Source: Dicyema japonicum
Lineage: Eukaryota; Animalia; Dicyemida
Length of the DNA: 64,000 nucleotides
Assembly (NCBI GenBank): GCA_011109175.1
Contig: RDEW01000041.1
Coordinates: 372,001-436,000 of the forward strand
Direction: 5' to 3'
Shown here in pieces: positions 53,731 through 64,000 of this stretch. Made by a program: the position numbers and the translations under genes. The first letter of the stretch is position 1; each line of letters begins with the position of its first letter. The notes below the pieces were generated by a model. That model ran no database searches and had not been told where the DNA came from. It saw nothing but the letters and a program-made list of their open reading frames with translations.

Positions 53731-54849
53731 GTTTTAGTGTTTTTATTGTTTAGTTATTTTAATAAAGTTAATTTTTAGGTTAATTTTTTATTTTTTAGGT
53801 TAAAAAAATCGCCCTATTAATAATTTTGAAAAAACAATTTATTGATTAAAATCCTTCGAGAGCTGACAATCTACCAAACAGTTCTCTCGACGACGCAAAT
53901 ACCTCAAAAACCACCCGAGATGCGAGAAGACTTTTAGCCCTTTATGGAGTCGGTTTAAGGAAGTGTCGTCCAGGGGAACTCCTCTGGATGGTCGTTGACT
54001 AATCGTCCTTTTGAATATAATTTGAGATTATATTTGGCGCCACCAAAGATGGTAAACCACATGACGCATGCTAACAATTGAAGCTCCCTGGATGCCAAAG
54101 GAAAAGAGGAGGAACAGAAATGACAAAAAAATCTTCAATTCAAAAATAACATTGGCGCCACGTGGCATAGTTGCCAAAACCATAGGAAGAGAAACCTCTG
54201 ACCAAATAACCTATGTGGGGTATTTTGTAAATTGGCATTTATCTGTGAACTTGACTTAGTCTCCAAAATTCCTGGGATTACTCTAATTAGTACTTGTAGC
54301 CACGATTTCCATCTTATCTGAGAGACGCATAGCTGTTCCAAAAACATCATATTTTGAAGTACCACATTTATGGCGAGTTGATACATTTATTTAGACGACT
54401 AATCGACATCTATTATTGGACGATTTAAATGGACCTTCGACGGCGAAGTACGTAGCTATGGTCATGACAACTCCCACCACATCCAGTGAACTTCCCACTA
54501 TCAGAATCATCACAGTAATTAGACAATAGCTTTAGGTAGAGCTTTAAATTCTACTCAAGCTATGGGCTATAACGTGGCCGAATTTAAATTGGATTCTGTT
54601 AGCCTCTCCATTCAGTTTACGGCTAGTTGTTTATTCTAGGAAAAACCACGTGGGTTTGATGGACAAAATTCACTAAACTGGGAATTGATAGAATGGTCGG
54701 TTTATTGTTCAAGCCTGGTAATCACGGGCAACTGCTGCGAAATCCTTTTAGGAGGTGTCTAACGTCGAGTGATATGGTCTCCTCTAGCCCTCTAGATTAT
54801 AGCATCAATTTATAGAAAATTTTGAGTATAGTTTTCATGGTCTCAGAAG

Positions 54850-55020
54850 CAGAGACATTATCACACAAGTCAAACCAGTAGAAGGTGAAGAAAATGTTAA
54901 GTCCTTCCAGTTAGGGAACATCTCCAATGGAGTAGGGAGAGCAAATAATACTTTTTCGTGTCACCATGCTATTGGGTGCACCTGAGATAAGTAAATCACG
55001 TAACGCCGGTAAAGCAAGTA
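54850..55020 (-). mobile_element. SINE family A, old degenerate copy
   Basis: CAGTTAGGGAACATCTCCAATGGAGTAGGGAGAGCAAATAATACTTTTTCGTG aligns with the family core. Confidence 0.45.
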
Positions 55021-57299
55021 AAGAGAAGGAATAGAAGAAAGGGAGAGTGATCATCAACAAATAATCCTGTGAATAAATCGACCCCATAGTATGGAAGAAC
55101 TAGTAAATTATCCCCAAACAAAAGTAAAAAATAATTAATAAATTTATACCAGAATCGAGTCAAGTGCGGTTTTACAAAAATAGAATCAATCATACATGCA
55201 ATCGATTCCAGAATACGTCACCGTGCAGCCAAAGAAATTTGACAGGAATTGGCGGGTATCTTCGTTAGGAATAAAACCGAAGGATAGTTGAATAAGAAAT
55301 ATGAACTCTAACTCCATTAATGATTAGTTCATACGTCTTGAACAAGTAGCAAGTTTACAAGAGCCTAACTCAAAAGATTACATATCTCGAAAGAGACGGA
55401 ATCTTTACAAATCCCAAATATCCATTTCCACTTCTTTCGATCGGTTATCTTTCAACAGAAACCACTAAAACGGTGGATTAAATTATGGATATTTTAGAGG
55501 TCCTTCAACACCTCTAGGTCGATTCCTCACAATGAGTCTTCAGTCACACAAAATAGTTGATATTTGGCGATCAATGCTCTCAGAGCCAACAGATGGTTAG
55601 GCCGAAACAGTTGGGCGCATTTTGATCAGTGTATCCCCTCTGATTCTACTAGTCCAGTTCCCACCTCATAAGCAACCTTAGTCGTCACATCAACTAGGTG
55701 GTTAGATACGTAAACATACTCTTCCTCCAATATTTTAACTTCAGATGATTCATTTTAAACATCCTCCTATACCTCACCCTTAAAGAAAGCAGAGCAACCA
55801 AGTGTTAACTTAAATGTCGACTCCAACAGACTTCCAGTAAATGAACGGGAAGATAGTCACAGTGTTTAGTTAATTAAACCCCCCAGACAGCTTAATTAAA
55901 CCACTTCATTTTGGTCGATACTGTTAGACCTGCTCCTGAGAGTTAATTTGATCCACCTTCATTCCACATCGGCAATGGACTAATAAAACCAAAAAATAAC
56001 AGTTTTCGTTCTCGGGAGTGTTTCCTATTAGATGCTGGAAAGGTATCTACTGAACTAGACGTCGTTAATTTAGATCTCTGGGTTGATTTCGCTCTTAATT
56101 AATGTTTGTCTCAAGATTGTATCTTTAATGCCTTTCTTAGATGGATCTTGTCCTTGAAATTGCCCAAAAGTTTAAGGAATGGGAGAATTATCATAATCTA
56201 CACTCCTGAGTTCACCACTTGTGCGTCTTAAATGACCTCTTTCTGACAGAATTCTTAAAAATATATTCTTAAAGGTTTTTGAAAATGAAGGGATATTATC
56301 ATGGGAATTCTAATTATGCGAATATTCCCTCCCCAAAAGAGACTCAATTCATTTCCTCACATTTCTGTATAATCGGGGTATATTTTTTACAATCTATGGG
56401 GAACAACACTTGGAAGAAAACGTGGAAATGAGTTTAAATTTCCAAGGAAAAAACATCCCTTCCGTTTGCTAAGGAAGTTACCTAACCAGGGATTAAAAAA
56501 TTTGTCAAATGAGATTTTTTGAGTTTGAATTGATATTATGAAAACATGTTTGTACGAAAACCCACAAACGTGGGAATAACTCTTCTCTGGAGATCATTAA
56601 CCTTGCTTTGATATCAAGATCTCATTTTTACTTATTTGGTCCAAATTTTTGAAATTGCCTTATCCTTTAAAATCGATTCGAAAAAAAAGACACACGTACA
56701 AATTCTCTTCTCTTTCCCTTGTTCATGAAATTGTAGACCAATCCGTTCTTTTCCTTAAGCGAAACGGATTTCCATCTTCACAGACGTGGAGAAATCCGGA
56801 TCCACATTTACGGGTAGTAACTTCGTAACTAGGAGAGAGATTGATGATCCAGTTTGTTTACCCAGCATACGAATAGTTGTTAAATTAAGGGGAGTTGAGT
56901 TTATGTAGCATGGTCTCAGGTTCCGCGAGGAAGAATTTATTGGTTCTCGACTAGTCGTAGACACTATCCGCTTTCAGCTTGGTATTAGAGGCTGTTACTA
57001 ACGTTGAACAGTTTCGTACTGCTATGCTTTTTTATGAGGTCATCTGGCCAATTCTTAGTTAACAAAGTTACTGAAACAGACCATTCCACCCTCCAGTAGT
57101 TCTTAAATCTCATGACTTTTGTCTCTGCTGTGTGTGACCCCGTCAAAATCCTGTTGACTTTGGAAGGATAGAGTTGTGAGGTTCACGGGTTTATGTCATG
57201 GATCTGAAAAAAGAAGGTGTCGATGAGGAAGCGAAATCAATATGATTTTCGGGGGGGGGGAAGCTCGAGGTTTTCTTCTGATTCAATTTACATTTAGTT

Positions 57300-57900
57300 G
57301 AATATTAATAAATCTCAACGAGGACCAGAGTTGGTTTCGATGTCACCACATGAGAAAACCAAAAGTCCACAACAATGATGACACCAGAAGGAGGCACATA
57401 GGTTAAGGAATCACCAATGTAGTGGGGAATATATGTTAATAAGTCTTTCGGAATGGGTGAGTCGAAAAGAGAAGAGGTAGTCCATCTTGTGGTCGTCAAA
57501 GATGCTTGACGTACCATGTCGTACACAGGATCAACTCGAAATTCTGTGATTTTTTGAATATGTATGAGACCTTTTTGAAAATGACGGGAAAGTACCGAAG
57601 AGCAGCAGTCGACTTAAAGAGTTTCAAATGAGATTTGGCCGTAGAAAGGCTGAGGGGGGCCATGAAAAATATCATTAAGACGTCAGAACTGCAGAATGAT
57701 GGCTACATCACTGGGAAGTAATCACAAAATATCATCAGTACATGAAAATAGTTTATTCGGGTTTGTCGACATGCTTGATAGGTTTAAGTCAAATAAGGGG
57801 AAGAGAACCGAGCCTTGGAGAAAGCCATTAAGTGGAATCTGCAAGATGGGTAGGCAATGTTAAAAACTAAGAAGTGACTACCCAGGTCTTCATCATGGCG
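57300..57900 (-). mobile_element. Possible highly decayed LINE RT
   Basis: Only ghosts of the GVPQGS/LLF..Y..DL motifs. Confidence 0.22.
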
Positions 57901-58798
57901 GGTTTCTCGTCGAAGATTTACTCGTTCAGTACGTGTCCTGATGCTCGGTTAAACGTTTGCTGAGCGTTAATTGAGGTGATGTGTGGTCGCTTTGAAAGTT
58001 TATGATTATCAAAGTCATCAGCGACAGATTGAGTGACATTTTCCTTATCGATGATTGGTTTCCATGAGGATCACGCGACCACCAAATATTCTCCTTGGTA
58101 ATGGATGCGGGACAAGTACCAAGCTACCGGTCTTTGTCCTCTATAAGCTTTTAATCGATGCAAGGATTAGCCCGGGAGTATCAAAGAACAGTCGAACTCA
58201 GCTTCCCATGAATTCTTTAGACCCGAGAAACTCAGAAGATCTCTTTAGTCTTCAGGTTCACCACCATCAGTTTTAGTGTACTTAATCTGCATGTCAACGA
58301 TTAAATCAGTCCGTTTTTTGTTTGGAGAAAACACAGAGATCAGATTTGAAGAAATTGTAAAATCCCTTCTTCAATTCCTAGTAATAATGAAAAAGACCGC
58401 TTGGGAGATCGCATCCTATAAATCGTGAAAGTAACATCTGATTCAAACACGATAGGGGAGGTATTTCTAGAAGATTCTAGAAAAAGTACTGATTTGATAA
58501 ACGCCAGTCTTACTCGTGCTAGGTTTAGTGGACAGTTTGACTACAGGTTAACTCAAGAGACCACCTCGTTTTCATAGAGACTACCGATTTCATACGTGGC
58601 TATGGTCTACACACCATTTTTCTAATTATGACGGAAACCCGCAGAAATGACCAACCAATAAAGGACGGATATGAATTTACGTCATAATCGAGTTTAACCA
58701 CGTGACTGCGGTTGAAAGAAAAGCCATAACCATGAACTTTAAGAAGTGACGACCAACAGACAACACAACCGTCTGAAATAACCGAGTCATGAAACTAA

Positions 58799-59015
58799 CT
58801 AAATAATAGTCCTACTTTCCAGCAATCTCTCCCCCTTCTACCAGAATCAACAAATCATGAACCTCTCTTAACTTTTGTAAGACATTCTGGTCACAGAGTC
58901 CACGTGACGTCTCAAACTCATATCTGACCCTCTTCCGGTAGTAATTAACGTCGGTGAACTTAAAAGAGTTCCCATACCTTAGCAGTCTTCTGTACAACTC
59001 AACAGACTTGGACAT
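58799..59015 (-). CDS. LYR-motif microprotein resembling AltMiD51 / MIEF1 upstream-ORF protein (63 aa)
   Basis: Removing the 25 nt intron 58838-58862 gives MSKSVELYRRLLRYGNSFKFTDVNYYRKRVRYEFETSRGLCDQNVLQKLREKGERLLESRTII*, collinear with the human peptide as I recall it (LYRALLRQG..LRYTD..FY...IRREF....L.D......EKG..FL....II). Confidence 0.85.
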
Positions 59016-62000
59016 CACCACAAGAAATATAATCAAATAAATATTTAAAACCGAAAGAATTTAAAAGTCATTTAAGCAAATGTAACTTAATCATAAACAC
59101 ACGTGAGTTCACTATTCAGAGGTTGGCAGCATGACCTCGGGGGACACTAAAATAAACAATTTCGCATGCCGGCATCCTTCGATCTCTCCTCCTGCTTAAT
59201 ATTAGATCCAATATTCCCTGACTGGCTGATAAAGGGGCTAATGTGCAGGAACTGCATTGGCGGGTAGGTAAATCCTGGATTGGGGATACATGCGCAGTTA
59301 GCTGAGTAGAAGCAAGAAATCAACCATTTTGAGTCTTTTCGATCTCATTTTGGGGGAGATAAGATCCCTGAGCGACGGGGAGGTGAATGAAGTACTGTAG
59401 TGGACCAGTATGCATAACTGGAACTGCCTGGACCATCCCATTTGAGACCATGTTATAAGCATGGGGGATATTTGACACCCGATGTTGGGAGTTCTAAGTA
59501 AAATCAGCCTCTACCATTAGGGGGTTTGTTAAAGTAACGTCCGTGTTTAGTTTCTCCTCATTCAGTAAACTTTGATGGTAGTTCAGAGTTTTATTCACAG
59601 CCGAATCGGTCCCATTAGGCTTGAGGTATGTCGCTTCCAAAATATTTTTGATATCTTCTTCATTTCTTTTGTGTATTGCCTCGATCTTTCTAGCATAGGA
59701 GCCATATATGCCCTTCTGTCCCGCATATGAGCCTCTACGTCCTCTAGGATTAGTTCCTTCGCTCATTTCGCTATCCTCTGAGGTATTCTAACCTTATGTT
59801 ATCAAAATAACTTGATTCTTGTCACCATTTGTTGAATTTGGCGGATTTGCCTGATTAAACTGGGTTTCCGAGTCTTGGTTAAGAAAATGTCGTACTTGCA
59901 GTAAGTTGGGGGCGCATTTCCATCACATTGGCGTAATCCGCACAGATATCCTGCAAATTTTGTGTGGGTTGTCCACTAGTGGTGAGAAAAGTGGGTAAAT
60001 ACACGCTGAGTGACTCAAATTCAGGTCGGATATGTCCCCGATTCATGAGATCAGTACTATCTATCGAAGATTTTCTAGAAATCCCCTCCGCTGCGGTGTT
60101 TATGGCAAAAGTTACATTCAATGTCGTAGGACTTGTAGGAAAGGATCTTCCCAATGATCTTCTTCAGATTCTCACTTGTTTCGTCCAAGACCTGAGGACC
60201 AAGGGATTCCAAATGACTCATAAAGAACTCAAGGAATGGTGAAGGAAGGAAAACCCCACTAGTGACTCCGTTAACCTGGGTCAGCTAGACAAATATGACA
60301 TAAATCCACCAGAGGGCAGGAATCGGAGGATTCTTCAGTCATGTGAGTCGTGGAGTTTGTATTGTTGTGGTTACAAGAAGAATAGTTAAACAGTAGGGAT
60401 GAGTAGTCAGGCAAAACGTCGCTTAATTTGACATATTTATGTTCGTTCTCCAGTCTCGGGGTTTTTGCTGAGTTCTAGGAGAACTGAAATAAGTGGCAAC
60501 CTCAGAATCTGTGCTGCTTTTCCGTTTGAGCATATCTAAGTAAGAGAAAGGGAGTAACCGGTTAAATTTTAAGCAGTATGAATGAGATAGGAATATGAAG
60601 ATAAGAGACTAACACTGCAGACACACAGCACAAATAAACAAGCTGGCTGTGCGGTTGACGTAATAAAAATGCATATTGGCGTATCGAAATTAGCGATCAA
60701 TAGTCGATTGTGTAAAGTCATAGTAACAAAGTTCACCAGTAATAACAGTACGTAGTAACAGTCCCCTCTGAGTCTTCACTTCCTTGCTAATTACTTATTC
60801 CGATCAATATTAATGATTAATTATTCACATTGATCAGCGATAATTATGTATTCGAAATTAGATTTTGCTCAGAAATGAACCACGTGTTAAATATTTGTGG
60901 ATTTTAGGGATAAAAAGGCTTAGTGGGATTGATTTTGTTGACACTATTATTTGGATAATTTGAATTCCTTGGCAATTATGAAATTATCTGTAATCAGGAT
61001 TACTATAAAATGGGACCAGATTAACTTAATCTTATTAATTTGTCTGACAAATCAAATGGACAATGCCTGAACATTCAAAAATATGTAATTAAACTGTTTT
61101 TATTGATTTGTACGTTAATCGATCGAGAACTAACATTTGTGAACTTTTGGTTATTAAATTGCAATTTAGCGATTTCTAGCAAAAACACCATCTGTTTCAC
61201 GTAGTCTTTGGGAGACCGAATTCAAGCTCTTCCAGCAGATCCACCCTCCTAGATTAAATAATTCAACTCCGTTTGGGTAATCTATATGCTTTTACCGAAT
61301 CTCGGTTATGGCCATGCGTCGCAGTCCCTGAGAGTTCTTCTAAGAAGTTCTTTGTGACTGGGGGAGACACGGGCGGTTTAACAAATAAATACTGCAAAAG
61401 TAGCTAAAGAGAAAATAAATTACTCAGACATTACGACTTAGAAACCACAAATAGATTATCATTTTCGTAAATAATGAAAATATCATTGATGTCATTAATA
61501 TTTCGTCAGACACGTGGTAAGAATCGAGAGTGATGAGAATCACTAATGTTATTACAAAAATCAAAATTTCAAAACAAACTTGTCAAAGTCATCTGAAATT
61601 TGCCGGAAAATTGTCGGGAGTAAAGGCTGGTGAGATTGAGCGCGAAAATGCGGATCTTAAGTATCTCTGAGGTGTCCACGTGGCATTTTTAGCCCATAGT
61701 GTTTGATCAAATTAGTTTGAGAAGCTCGCATTTTCGATCGATCTCCTGATCGAGTTCTTCGTAGTTAGCCTTTGTACAAGATATCCGATGATCCTCAGAT
61801 CAGACACTCTGATGACGTCACTGATTGTGGTTTACATACGATTCGATAGGAATACCATAAATAAATATCAGTTTGAGGTTAGGAAAGAACACGTGCAGAT
61901 TTTAACTGAAAGTTAGTATTTATTGTCTTAGTACTGGCTTGGTTATTAGAGGACAAATCGTAATGACGTAAAATCCTCTAATGGCAGACAATCCCTCCAT

Positions 62001-64000
62001 TCTTAGCCATTCAAACGTAAACCTGGTACTTGGTTAATGCGAGTTTGATAATCTGAGGACTAGGAGGATCTTCTACATGTAAATTTTCTCGGTAAAGGGT
62101 TCGAACAGAGGGTGGTTCAAACTCGATGTTTCCTAAGATTGTTATTGAGTTCACGGATGTTAGAAAAAGAATTAAGACTTACCCTTCATGAGAATTAAAT
62201 AGTCATTGGGTCATTCTGGATCGCTCTTCCCCCTTCTTCAAGTTGTCAGATTGTTTCTCTATAGGGTCCAAGCAGTCAGGTCTCCAAGAATCCGTCAGTT
62301 CTTTTAAATGGAGAAATAAGTGGACCCAGTCAAATAGTCAAGATGGTAAAACCACAATTTTAGAATTTGTATAATTGAGAGACTGAAGACCAGAGAGTCG
62401 AGTGGAAAAAGTGAGGTGGTGGTTAATTGGTCGGAAAAGTGGGGTGGTGATATACCTCTATTACACGAAATGTCTACTCTGCTCCATGATAAGTAAAAGC
62501 CAACATCTCCCTACACGTGAAAGGGGTTAAATGACTCAGAGACATCAAAAACCTTAAGATCTGAACAAAGCAAGTGTCGGGTGGACGAAGGATTCGGTTC
62601 AAAACCAGTCCAACCCGAAATTGAATGACTCGGGAGATACTTTTTCAGATGCTGCACATATAGGATGGTAGTCAGTATGATAATATGTTGCTAGTAATGA
62701 CTTCAACGAGAGTCAAAACCCACGTGGTGACCGCAGCGGAGGAGAGCCTGGTGTACCCGAATATTACGAGGAAAGAAGATTCACTTAGATCGATGCCCGA
62801 TGGAGGGTGACAAAGAAACTTGCTTAATTTAAGTCTTCGAGTCGCCTTCATTGACACATTTTTTTGAATAATAATGGTGGAAAATAAAAATTACAAGCAC
62901 AACATCAACTTGATATCTCAAACTCAAATTTTACTAATAAATCAAAAAACTGTTTCAAATCAAAAATTTAAGCAAATCAACTACCATCACATATCAAACT
63001 AACCATATGGAGGTTCATCCGTGTATTTTCCTCAAAATCATCAGACCTCTAGTAAAGGTCCTCTCGGCAATCAAAAACAATCATTCTCACAATCCAACTC
63101 CAATCGGCGTCAAGTATAGGAAGACCATGTGCACTATACCTTTATCGAATTCATGCGCAAAACGATCCTCAAAGTCTCAAAACAGCAAAACACAAAAAAA
63201 TGGCGGACAAATTTAAATTTATTTTATTATCATTCCTTTGATGACGTCGGAGTACGTCATATCCTTGGCAATAAACTGGGTTATTCAATCCACAGTACCA
63301 GTTTCACCAAGAGGGAAGGTAAGAAGTCTGCTAGCCTGCTGGTTCGCCGCCTTCAGGACAGGTAAGATAATTTAACTTTCCACTTATCCGGAATAGTCTT
63401 TGTATTGATTGACATGAAAAAAATGATGGTAATGGGGGCAATCGTAATAGTAAAAATGATGCCACATGATTGAGAAAAATCTAAGAAATAGCTACAGGAC
63501 CACACAATCGGGAAGTCTTTGTTACCCCCAAGTTACCCAATAGCATTTCTAACCATTTCCGAGAGAATACTTCAGACCAATCTGTGGGTTTTGGTCTGTG
63601 CCGTCAAAAAATACGTATGGAACACCGAGACGTCCCAATGACTAACCTCGGGGTAGTAGGACAGTAGGTTATTAACTCTCTTCAGACTCAGAGTTTCTCC
63701 ATCTTCGTCTTGGCAGAACGCATTACAAATATAGGGGATTTGATTTTTTGTTAAATAGACTGATATTCATCAACATAGTATTGGAGTAAGACAGGTTTTT
63801 TTGAGGGAGTTTTTCTCCTTTATAAGTCGTCAAGTTGAAGTTTTTGAGAATAATCAGAATTGGGTTATGATCGCTTAAAAATTCGAGGAAAACATTCCAT
63901 AAAATTAAATGTGAGCTTAGATGAACAGATAAACAAGTCCGGGGAGGTCTGACTGTCGTTTCTTCTGGTCAGTGTCCTGATAGAAGTATCATAGAATTGG

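Overview
AT-rich (~35% GC by eye) eukaryotic nuclear DNA from an animal with extremely short GT-AG introns (20-30 nt in every intron I could parse). A compact parasite such as a dicyemid or myxozoan is my inference; the species cannot be fixed from this window. Recognisable host genes: lysyl-tRNA synthetase (11 tiny introns, 4 apparent frameshifts), NUP107, NDUFA12, a DHHC palmitoyltransferase, an atypical dual-specificity phosphatase, a PTF1a/Fer-like bHLH factor, a triple-ShKT protein, a stand-alone LYR microprotein resembling AltMiD51/MIEF1-uORF, and two orphan genes. Most of the rest is decayed mobile DNA: CRE-, R4/NeSL-, RTE- and L2/Jockey-like non-LTR retrotransposons, a hAT-like transposase, a hAT MITE, a possible Gypsy remnant, and an unnamed SINE-like family with at least 7 copies. 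The most unusual signal is the palindrome CACGTG, which occurs at least 44 times against roughly 6 expected. It is found in exons, introns and intergenic DNA but is nearly absent from transposon relics, like a eukaryotic version of the cyanobacterial HIP1 repeat. All gene models, counts and family assignments were made by eye and from memory; none was checked by a database search.
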